Assembly: GCA_964187785.1 (NCBI GenBank)
Contig: OZ076420.1
Location: 45,880,001 to 45,944,000, forward strand
Source: Amphiscolops sp. MND2022
Taxonomy: Eukaryota
Reading direction: 5' to 3'
Length of the DNA: 64,000 bases
Below, piece by piece: positions 25,278-37,000 of the stretch (the first letter of the stretch is position 1; every line of letters starts with the position of its first letter). The position numbers and the translations under genes are program-made. A model generated the notes under the pieces. The model ran no database searches. It saw only the letters and a program-made list of their open reading frames with translations, and was not told the origin of the DNA.

Positions 25278-26727
25278 TGAAACTCTCAAAACTTACATAA
25301 CATATTAGTGAGTATTGCTATCTTACTAAACAAAGGTTTTTTCACGTTGTTATGGCGCTTATTTTGATAAAACATGCAATTTTTCTAAACACTCTGACTT
25401 AAGGTCAGTTTGACCGCAACCATTCACTTTTATTATTATTTTATATACTGATATGTAAAAACGTTGATGAACTACATTGTCTATTGTGAACCAATCCTTT
25501 CATACAAATATGCAATTAATTGCTTGTTGCAGTTTAGAAATGTAAATTAGAAATCAGTTGAATAAAGCAACGAACTGGTAAAAGTAAAGGAAACGCGTTC
25601 AACTTGTACAGCGCTGACGTCAAGTTGACGCGTTGTCCAAATTACTTTTAACCAATCAAACTGCGCCAATAGTATCGTGCTGAAGTCACGCGGACGTTAG
25701 GTCCAGTTTGTTATTGAAAGCCGTATATTACTCTCAGAAGCATGAAATATTACAGTTTGCATGTATTCATTAATATCTGTTTTGTTGTTGCTTCCATTTA
25801 TACATTAGAGGACAAGTGACGTAATGTATCAGTTCACCCTAGTTTCTATTTATAGCCAATATTATGTCATAATTAGGTTGTTGCTATTTTTGATGATGAC
25901 ATCATTCATATTTTTACTATATGACGTTCAAAATACTGAGTGTCATGGTGATAAAAGTATATAAACGACGGGTCTGATTTTGTAAATTCAATTCAATACT
26001 GTTGCAACGATACACATACGCACTGTGAAAGTTAGACGAACTGTCCAATTTACTCTTAAAACGCAAATCTCTCATTAAAATGCCTTCAACTAGAAAGCAG
26101 AAAGCCAGAAAAAAGCGCTCAAGACAATCTGACGTAATGTCCGACATTGAAAATCTAGATGTAATGTTGGGAAATTACCAGGAAGATGATCAAGTTAGAG
26201 ATGAAGATATTAGGAATACTGATTTTGACTTAGAGTCAAGGAGACCTCAGAGAGAAACTAATTCAATTAGTGGAAACTTTAGGTCAATATTGAATACTAA
26301 TGCGAGTGAGAATAGTGAAATTACAGTTGAAACCAGTAGAGCAATAAATTCAGAAATTTTTTCGCAAATGCCTAGGAAATTAGAAGAAATGAGATCAGAT
26401 CTTAATTCGCATATTCTGAATGCAATTGACTCTGCAATTGAAGAAAAGGTGATTCCCAGCATCAGGAATGCATTGGAAAGTCAAAATTCAACAAAAATAC
26501 AAATACGGACCTTCGATCAGATGGACCTCATCCGAGTACTTTTGGTCAAGTACGTCCGAAAAGGGACCTTAGGTCAGTTGGACCTCAGCAACAAATTGCT
26601 GGAAAAGCGTCCCAGGATGCTAAGAAAGACTTCCCTAGGTTAGTAACGACGAGTAGTAACCAAATAAATCATCAAAGAAAGAATTCAGTAGATTCTTGTG
26701 GGAGTGATGATGAATCTGGTTACGACA
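25186..26727 (+). repeat. 3' LTR (1542 bp)
   Basis: See 5' LTR; followed by the TSD ACACT. Confidence 0.95.
26080..26727 (+). pseudogene. LTR-encoded ORF1 N-terminus (MPSTRKQKARKKRSRQSDVMSDIENLDVMLG...); also present in the 5' LTR (16540-17190), where the ATG is mutated
   Basis: Long open frame in both LTRs; in the 5' LTR it reads through the LTR end and PBS (SGYD|MVTG). Confidence 0.65.
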
Positions 26728-29700
26728 ACACTAGACCATGTCGTAAAAAAATTAGGCCTGATGGTCAACAACTTTTTTTCACATTGGTGCCAAACAAAAG
26801 TTTTGTATTATGAGCACATCTACCACGCTCTACCACACATCAACGTCAACATTAGTTGAAAGTTTGTAAATTGAAGACAAAGTTTGGAAAGTTGAAGGAA
26901 AGTGAAACGATATGGACCAAATCTAGCTGCACAAGATTTGAGATGGTAATCCATCCAACTGTATAGTTTCATGAACACTTCGCTTTAACGATACCGGAAT
27001 GTGGGTAGGTTTTTGATTTACTTCGATTGCCCGTTAGGAGAAAACCAATGATTAAATGTATTTCAAGAACCAGATTGTAAAGACGGTTTTATTTGGTAGC
27101 AAATTAACCATTAAATTTGTGCTAAAAACCAATCGATCAGATGATAGACCGGCGTCTGGAAATCGAAGATACTTTTGTACCGAGAGCAGAGCTACGACAC
27201 AAACTTTAGGATTACTGAAGATTCACAGAGCAACCTTCAAATGTTTCGAAGAGACTACAGGAAAATTGGCGTTCAATTAGCAATCCAATCTGAGGAAATT
27301 CTATACTTTCGAGAATACGAATATCACCCTTCGGGCGTCATTCCGAACGAGAATTTAAAAAATATATGAAAAAATAAATTGATCATATTTTCAGGAGTTG
27401 TACAAGAGTAATCGAGTGGCTGCAAAATCATTCTATGCATGTTAGTTAATCCGCCTGTTAAAAGTATATGACTATGCTGTTTCTGATGATACCGATCAAC
27501 CGATGGCAGAGTTATAGTATCGCAGAAAATAGTTGTCACTGTAATGCGTGCCAAAAGTCTAAAAACCCTTTTCCATCGGTCAGAAAAGCGGAAATCGACG
27601 ACGTTATCAAAATGAATTGTGTCCGAATTGAAACCGAAAAAATTAAAAATTAACTCATTTGGAAAGATAGAAGAAATTGATGATTCGATTGTAACCGAAA
27701 ACTGATCGTTGTTACTCAAAATAACGTAACGAGCTCGGTTGATTTTGAGCGTAACTACTCGAATCAATAACTGCCTTCACAACAATTTGTTTTTATTTGC
27801 AAAAAAAACGTGCTGGGACAAACGCGAGCAATTCGAACTGACGTTGAGCTACGGTCAACCCTCACCTAAAATTTCATTCTTGACGCAATCCCCGAGCAAT
27901 GTTTTTGAGATGTGAATACCTACAGTCCTCACCAAAAAAATCAATTAGCTACTTACAGTAATTATCAAGATTTCTGACTGATTATTTACAGTCAATCTGA
28001 TGGAAATAAACTTTTGCAAGAGTCTCAGCGGCATTGCGATATTTTTCCGGAAATAATGGTTAAAAATAAGTTGCCCAGTGCAAAAATGACCCGAATGTTT
28101 GACCTTTTAGGCTCGGATAACGCGTTCTATAAATTGAAAACATCAATAAACCGAAGCAGCGGTTCTCTAGTGAACGGGAAAAATTTGTAAGTAGCCCAGT
28201 GATAAACTTTTGGAACTCTTGATAAGAATATTGGATTTGCCTGGATTTGTTGGTAAGATGATTGATTCTCATCAAGAGTTTTAAGGAAATTAATGGATGA
28301 TCATGGATGAAAACGCAAAATGGTCTCAACTTTCATTTATTTCGGTATTACTTAGTAAAAGTAACGCTTTTCAGCACCACTGAAATTGAGAATTGGTAGA
28401 CTGAAATTAGTATACTGTATACTATACTGTATCAGTATACTATAGTTCCCCGTCTTGAAAAGACGATATGTCAATTCGTACCAAACTTTGTTTTATATAA
28501 TTAGAACGTTATAAATTTGATATGAAGTTGACTTCCAAAAAATTTTGGAAAGTTGTACTGATTTCATTATTGAAACTGTTCCATATTTCCGCTGGAAATT
28601 TTTAAATAAACAAAATTCGTTTCTACGAACACTCCTGGTTAGTGTTGGATGAAATGCATAAGTTATCACTGACTTGCTAAATGCAATTTTCACCTTCCCG
28701 ATTTCTTGATAAAAGTCTAGTCAAGATTCTTGTCGAGAATTTCAAACTTTTTGAAGAAGTAAGACTTTCCAAGATCTTATCAGGAAATTCAAGAGGTAGC
28801 AGGATTAACACACAGTGCTCTCAGTGTCAAAACACTTGAATTTCTTACCAACATCTTTTTTTCCTTTAAAATGATTTCGTAGGAAAATAAAAAGATGTTG
28901 GCGAGAAATCCAAGTGTTTTACATTGTGATAGCAGAGCCGAAAAGGTATTTTTCACAATTATCAAGAAAACTTTCATCAGTACCACGGAGGTCACCTTTA
29001 AACAGAGAAGTCACTCTCAAGGCTCGGAGATTCTCTTGTAATAATACTCATCAATGCCTTCCGCAAGTGGGGTGCTTTACCTACTGACGATCTGATATGC
29101 GAAATAGACAAAAAAAATTCTACCACCAGATTGCAGATCTTTACATTTTTGGTAATTGTGAATCAATTGATCTCATTTACAATTAAAATTTTTTGGCTGT
29201 AAAGGTAGAAACTGTTAAATGAAAGTCAATCTCCACCACACTCAAAAAAATAAAAACAAAAAACAGAAAAAACTGTTTCAAAAGGTTTCCCCTCGAAAAG
29301 CCTCTGTGCTTATGGGAAGCCTTTTCAGGGGCTATATCAGTTTCATGATTGTACGTATTTGTTCATATTTCTCTCCATTTTTGTATAACATATACTGTAC
29401 GCATATTATGACTTATTATCTATAGTGCACCCTGATAAAACCAATTGTTATTATTAAATCGGTTTTCTTTAACAGAAACCTCAAAAAATTGAAAATGGTG
29501 AAAAAAAGGTTCAGAGAAAAATTCTTCCGTACGTCGTACAGTGCTAAAAGAACTACGGGGGTCTCGCAAAGCGCTTTGTTCTTGCTTAATATCAAAGGGG
29601 GCTTTAATTTTGATAAATCCAGGAAAAGAGTCGCATAGTGCCGAAAAACCCCAAAGGGGGGATCCGTTAGCCTTTACTCTACCTTTGCAAGAAAAGTAAG

Positions 29701-31072
29701 TTTTTGTTCAATATGGGACTCGAACCCACGTACAGAGGCCTCTCAGACCTCGCCTTCGGGCCGACTAAAAATTCCCTTCTAAAATTAGAATTTTCTTAAG
29801 GAAACGAAAAATAATGATTAATTCATCATATAATGTCACTACTAGAAACAACTAGTATACAATGAGAAATGTTTTGTTATTATAATTTTACTATTTGCCG
29901 TCTTTCATGATTGTCCTCTGAAAAAAGGGATTTCGAGAAAGAATACATTACAATTGCTACCCACTGGGTAGTCTTCTAGCAAACCCCCAATACTTCAACA
30001 TTCAATTGGTTTGTGTCGCCATCAAAATCAGTTACCGGCAACATTTTTTAAACCTCTGGATTGATAATAGGGGGCCTTCAGGCTTCTCCCGTGCCATGTA
30101 TTGTTGATTAGCTCTGCTGGTAAAATTAAAAAGAAAGTCCAGTGAAAATAATGAACCAATAAAATTTCAAGGCGAAATGATGAGAGTCACCCACCCAGTC
30201 ATGAAAGAACTCTTTCTTCCCCTGATGTGAATAGCTCATGTGAATAAATCAATGTATCATGAAAGAGCAAGTAAAGAAAGCCAACATTTTGCATAAAGTT
30301 CATTGATTTGCAAAACCCATAGAATTCTACAACTTTCATCTATCTCGAACAATAATTTCGTTCAAGCAAAATCCTTGAAGTTTTTGAGTACTCTTGACTT
30401 TTTGGCGTGAAACAAAAACAAATGGAGAGATCTTTTTTCTAAGCTTCTGGAAGCTTCGAGCTGAAATTCCTCATAATAAGGGAACAATTCAATAGGAACT
30501 CTTTCGCAGTTTCACAAATCCCCAGAAGAAAACGAAATCTTTCTCAAATTCAGGGTCAGAAAGTTTATCTTACATTTTCTTTCAATTCTCAACTTGGACA
30601 AATTGTTATAGTTTGACAATCTGGTAGTAAATAATTTGTTTTTAATTCCCGCCCATATTTAATTTTTTTTCAGTTCCCGAAAAGAAAATACCAAAAAAGT
30701 TGAAATTTTTGACAGCTTGTCGCCATTCGATACTTTCTTTTCATTTTTATTGGATAAATGTAATAAAAATTAAAATGAATGTACCAAATGGAATCAAGCT
30801 GACAAATTTTTAAACTTTTTTGGTCTTTTCTTTTCGGGCACCGAAAGAAATTTAAATATTTCCGTTCATTTGGTTCCGGGTCACCAAATGATCTTTTTTC
30901 AAAAAAATGTTAACAATAATTAAAAACTTTCCTTGGTGAAATTTTGTTTCTCCACAGAGGTATATACATAACTTCTAAGCGTCATGATTTCTAAACAATT
31001 CTCCAGAATGTCAACTCCAACTTACATGTCTGATCAACTAGCAAAAGTCGCAAATTTTCATTTCGACCAAAA

Positions 31073-34000
31073 ATGAATTTTTCCATCACCACCACCACCA
31101 CAGTTCAACCCGAGGACGTGGACGCCTGTTTATCCACTGAGTCACCACGGTTTTACTGGATCATAGCTCTGGCTCTGGGTTTGGCAGCAATGTCTGGAAA
31201 CGCCATTATCATTCTAGTCAACATTTTCAAGAGAGTGGCTCGCAATTCAACCAATTTCATCATAACTAACTTGGCAGTAGTTGACTTCCGTTAGTTTATT
31301 CCATTTTTGTATTGATCCATTTCATTAAAGTACTATAACATAGTCTCATTCGAAGGTTGAATAGATTGCACATAGGATTATTTTAAATTTTTTTAAAATA
31401 ATGGTAAAGGGGACAGATTATTTCATTCAAATCGAAGTTCTTTGTCTTATTTCCGAAAAATAAGGAAAATCGTGCGGACAACTTTAACTCAAGAGGTAAT
31501 AGGGCTTAAGCTCAAAAGGCTTGAGCTCTTCTTGTATAATCCTGAAGAGCGATTATTCTGAAGAGCGATTATAATCATGGGCGAAGACCGGCAACCGCGC
31601 GCGCAAAGAATATCGCCGAAGAAGAATCAGATGATTCATTTCCAGCATGTTGTTTCAATAAATATTGACGCTGCTATGAATGTTGCATGTTTGTTGTTCA
31701 AAACTGATGTCTTTCTTTCACTGACTGATGATGCTTAAATGCAAAAAACTTGCTTCAATTTATAGCGAGTTTCACACAGGCGAAAATTTTTGAAAACATT
31801 GTTCATGATTTTGTTATAGTGAGTGGCGTTTCGTTCCTCGTGTTCAATGCAATGCCAACGATTCCCAAACCCCGAGGTTCCGGTCTTCTGGCGCACATAT
31901 TCTGCAAGGCATACTGCTCTAGTTACCCTGTGTGGGGTCTGCTCAATATCTCTGTGATGAATTTACTGTTGGTCACTCTTGACAGGTTCGCTGATTGAAA
32001 GCAGTACTAAATGAGAGGATTAGAAAGAGGCGCAGTGACACTTTGATAAACTTTCTTTCGTGAAAATAAACAAAATGAGAGAACAGGCATAAGAAATGAA
32101 CCGGGATCAGCATACGTCAAAAAAAACTTTGAACAGAACTCTCAGGAATCGGAAAGATTTTTAAAAACATATATTTACAACCCCAAAAAATCCCAATAGC
32201 GGGACCTTTTGAGAAACGAAAAAAGGCCGAAGTCAAGAATTTTGATCACTTCCACCGGATTGGCAAAAATAGACAGAAGGCGCTGACAAAAATAAGAGGA
32301 ATGGAAAACCAATTATGAAAAAGTAGCCCAAGTTCTTAAAGAAGTTTGATCAAAGGAAGCAGAACACACATATCAATGGATAGGAGAATCGATAATTGAA
32401 AGAGTTGATCGATGTTGCAAGATCGCAACAGCCGAAAATTGAATCTAGTTGACACAGTATTGATAAAAATACACATGTCGCTTGCCTGCCCGGGTTGACC
32501 CTCCACGCAAGTCGTAATACGATCGGATTATGATTGGCGTGATGTTGTATCAAGATTGTACTACAAAACGCATGATAGAGTTCGTGCACAGGGCCTGCAA
32601 TGCACGCCAGCAACTCTTTGAGAAGTACACAGCAATTTCAGGCCTAATTTAGACCGGTGTACGCCCAGTGTGAAAACTCTTGAAACTCTTGCCAAGATCT
32701 TGCATATTCTTACATATTCCCGTTTACTCTTGAAAGTCTTGATAAGATCTTGTTTCTTATTCTTGATTCACAAAAACCTCATGAATTCCTTGAAAGGAAT
32801 CTTAGTAAGAGTCTTATCAAGAGTGTCAAGAGAATGAATAAGTTGTAAAACAAACAGCAATTTTGTTTACAAGCAGTTTCCTGTTGTTCGCACTACCAGC
32901 TACACTATCATTCGTTGAAGTATTGGATATAGGACAACACAAAGTAGTGAAATTCAGAACGTGATAGCTTGATTGGTAGCGCGAAAAGCTGCGGCATAAT
33001 AGGTACGCTGATAAAGCTGCAGTTGGCGTCGGTTTTTGTTTGTTTTCATTCACTTTCGTCAGTTCATCTCCTGAATTTCTTGGCACGATTTTGCAAGATC
33101 TTACAAATTCGTGGATTACTTGGTAAGAATCTTGGCAAGATTCTTACCAAGAAATCCAGGAATATCCAAGATTCTTATCAAGAGTTGCAAGAGTTTTTAC
33201 ACTGGGCGTTCATTTCACCCCACATAATTTTACCCTAAAATCATTTCATCTCACATTCGTTTCACCCCAGATTGTGTTGTTATCCAAAAACCACTAGCCT
33301 TAATTAACCAAATACCGACTAAATTTTTATGCCCGCTGTCTAACTTGAGTCAACTTCGATTTGATTGTCAGGTTCCGAATATACAAAAGTAATAAAACGG
33401 AATACGTTAATTTTTGCTGAAGGTTCGCACCATTCGTGGAAATATTCGCTTACGCAACGAGAGCTCAATTTTGAACGATTGGATAATTTTTTTCAGCGCC
33501 TTGTTCAGAAGTATTACAATTCTGATGAGTACGATTTTTGGGTTCCATTTTAGTGGTTCTCAGTAAGAATGGTTTGATAATTTAACTACATTCAAGTGGT
33601 TGAGTAATTACATTCAATGCGATTTCTTTCGGCGCTAGGATTGGATTGAAATTGTATGACAGTAGTCATTATCATGAGACGGATTTGATAATTAAAATGT
33701 GGGGTGAAATGAACGAGGGATCAAATGAATTTGGTGAAGTGATATGTGGTGAAAAATATGGGGTCAATTGAACGCAGGGTGAAATGATAGGTAACTTTTA
33801 GACCAACTCAAAGATGAAAAATTGGTTCCATACCAATATGAATCCACAGGTTGAAGCTATTGCCCTTTGACGTCCTTCTATTTCATGCTGAATCATTCCA
33901 TGTGAAAGTGCTGTACTGCATTATAAACCAAGTACCAAGTTTCAAATAAAAACTTCAGATAAACTCGCCTTTTAAGGCAGTTTCAAGTTGTTAATATGAT

Positions 34001-37000
34001 TGATGATCAATCAATGTCATGCCCGAAGTCACTATTAACGCTTTTTCAAAATTGGGAGACGCATGGAACTATTGAGTGGAATTAATAAAGAATCAAGTAA
34101 AATGCCACGCCTTATTATTTACTGTATGAAAAAATTTCAAAAACATGCATTGTATAGTACAATCCGAGGGTCACCCTGGGTGAAAACAACACAAAGTTTT
34201 GCATATTTCTCACGCAAATTTTGCTATCTATCAAAAGACTCAGCAAAGAATCAACTGATTTTTCTAGAAATTATTCATCATTGATTGCTTATCCGAAAGT
34301 GGCAATGACATCTTTTTGGAAACTTGATATTTTCCGCCCACATTTAATGGGGAAGAAAATCATAAACTGTGTTGTGTTTTTTTCCCAAATTCTGCCAAAT
34401 TTCATTTTATTACTCCCTTTAGTAAATTCTAGTCACCGTGCCATAGCTGGTAGTGCGTCTGCCTGGCAGACACGAGGTTGTGGGTTCGAACCCGTGCCGA
34501 TGCGTTACATTTTTCGCGGAAAATATCCCGGTGGTTAGCGGGCGTCTTGTTATCGTTTGGTAATTCTTTTCTTTTCTACCAACAGGTACCTGTGCGTGGT
34601 GGCACCCTTTTTCTACAAACAAAAATTCAACAAGGGCTCTTTCATCATCGTCCTTCTGGCTCTCACGTGGATGCTCGGTGCTGCAAGTAACGCGTTTTTG
34701 TTTGAATAATAATATAATCAAATTGCCCCCCAATCAAATAAGGGGAGTGTATTTGATAGAGCCGGAATTTCGATCAACACCACTATTTGCGAGGAATTGA
34801 GCTTAAATTGGAAATGTCAGTCGGGAAAAGTAGTCAGAATATTTGAAGGTTTTTTGGACCTGAAAAATGAATAAAGCAAACAAAAAATTAAATTTGAACG
34901 AAAAGTAGAATAAGGGAAAACGCGTCTCCACGCCGACAAAAATATCTCATTTTCAATTAGAGAGTTAAAAAACTGAAATTTTTTCTATGGGTATATTCTG
35001 AAATTGGAGCAATGTGAGTGTAATTTGCCGGTCTTAGCGAAAAAAACTCATTCTATACTTATCATGTAAGAAAACTGTAGGGTTTGCATTCAGTTTCTTT
35101 TACTCTTTCAGCTCATTCAGAGCGGTCCAGATTGATTGGTGGGTCTGAAGTTTCAATGGCGAAGAAAATCAAAAGAGAGAAAATAGACCGTTCCAATCAA
35201 TCTGGGTCTATTCTTTTCTAATCGAAGAAATCTTGTGTCAATAGTTTCTATTTCATTCCACTGTATCGAGTAAAGTAAATGGTTTTTGGTGAACAGCAAT
35301 TCAACAGTTACTTTGAGAAGTTTTCACATCCATTCAATCAAGACAAGCGAAAGTTATCACGTTCGTTTCAGAAAAAGTTTGAAGAAAGTTTTCAGGCAAG
35401 CGGAAGTTGACTTCTGTTGAAATCCCAATTTCGTTGGAATGTTCGAAATCAGTTACACCCGGCCTCATTTTGCAATCGCAAAAAATTTAATTTCAAAAGG
35501 GGTAATGATGAAAACTGGTATCATGTGAGAAACTTAAACAGAGGACTGAACAATTTCATATTTCTGGTTTGAAAGATTGGTTATATAGTATGATCCTTTT
35601 GTCTTTCTTTGAATAGTTGATCTTTGTAATCTGGAACCTATTCGTTTATTTCCAAAGCACACAATCTGATAGCTGGCAAAATAAGTTCTTCCCGTGGTGT
35701 CCAAAGTTTGTATTGTTTATATTGATTTTCTTTGGAGAACTCGACTTCTTCACCATTAGATACAGATGCCATGATACGTCCCAAAGGCCAAAGACCTCGT
35801 GGTGTGAATTCCTGCAATATCCATACAATTGAACCTGGTTGAAGAGGTTTGGACAAAACTGTCCACTTTTTTCGGGGATTTAACGACGGATAAAATTCTT
35901 TTTGGAGACGATTCCAAAGGTAGTCAGCCAGTTGCTGAGCAAATTTCCATTGTTTAGATATTGTTGCGGGAGACGGGTATGGCTGGCTCAGTGGAACGTT
36001 GCTGTAGGCTCTCCCCAGCAAAAAGTGGTTTGGGGTCAAAGGCTCAACGTCACCAGAGTCTGAGGAAACCGCAGTGAGAGGACGATTGTTCATGAAGTGT
36101 TCTACTTCACAAAGAAGGGTGTTGAAAGTGTCGTCGGTTAAAGCGTTGTTGCCCAAGTTGGCATAGAACGCGTCTTTACAAGAACGAATGAGACGTTCCC
36201 AGACTCCTCCAAAATGAGGCGCCCTCGGAGGGTTGAAAATCCAGCGAAATTCTCGTTTTCCAAAAATTCTCGTATTGATGGTTGATTGAAGACTTGCAGT
36301 AATTCTTTTTCCGAGGCGGTGAAGTTGGTACCATTGTCAGAGATCAGCAAATGCAGTTGACCGCGGCGGGAAAAGAAGCGGCATAGAGCTTTCATGCACG
36401 CATCCACGGACAAGTCGGTACACATTTCATGGTGAACTGCGCGAGTGGTGAGGCATGTCAAGATTAGTCCATAGCGTTTATTGTAACTGTGGGAAGTGGT
36501 TTTCGAGGCGAATGGTCCAAAAACGTCGAGACCGGTTTGCTGGAACGGAAATGGTTGTTCGACGGGAAAGCGACAAATTGGCAGGTCTGACATTTCAGGA
36601 AACTCGGCGAACGCAGATTGACGTCGGCAATCAAAACAGCGGCGAATAATTTTCTTTATAACTGATCCGGCGGACAAGATCCAATATTCAAGCTGAAGTA
36701 TATGTTGTGTTTGCTTCAGGCGGGTATGACCATTGCTGATGTGGACGAACTCGATGAACAACTGGATTATGCGATTGTGTCCATCCAAGATGATGGGGTG
36801 TTTTAAGCAGTAATCAAACGGCGACTTATGTAAACGACCTTCGGCGCGAAGGCAATTGTCGGCATCGAGAAAGGGTTTCAAGTTTCGTAGACGGCTTTTA
36901 CTGGCGATAAATCTTTTGTTGGACAAAGAACGAATTTCGTTCTGGAAACTCTCCTTTTGCGACGCTAGGAGAAGAAACGTTTTTGCGTTAGACATTTCAT

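Larger units (their letters stand above)
15648..26727 (+). mobile_element. Ty3/Gypsy-type LTR retrotransposon, internally deleted (no protease/RT/RNase H), 11,080 bp, with accessory genes
   Basis: Direct repeats 15648-17190 and 25186-26727 with TGTCG...CGACA termini; 5-bp TSD ACACT (15643-15647, 26728-26732); PBS directly after the left LTR; retroviral-type integrase with a GPY motif. Confidence 0.95.

Noticed and set aside
27056-27780. Coding-looking, frameshifted segment right of the Gypsy element
   Set aside because: No convincing transposase or other motif in any frame; left unassigned.
34432-34505. Possible functional tRNA gene
   Set aside because: A and B boxes are present, but there is no 7-bp acceptor stem, the anticodon arm is abnormal, and a non-tRNA tail follows, so it was called a SINE.
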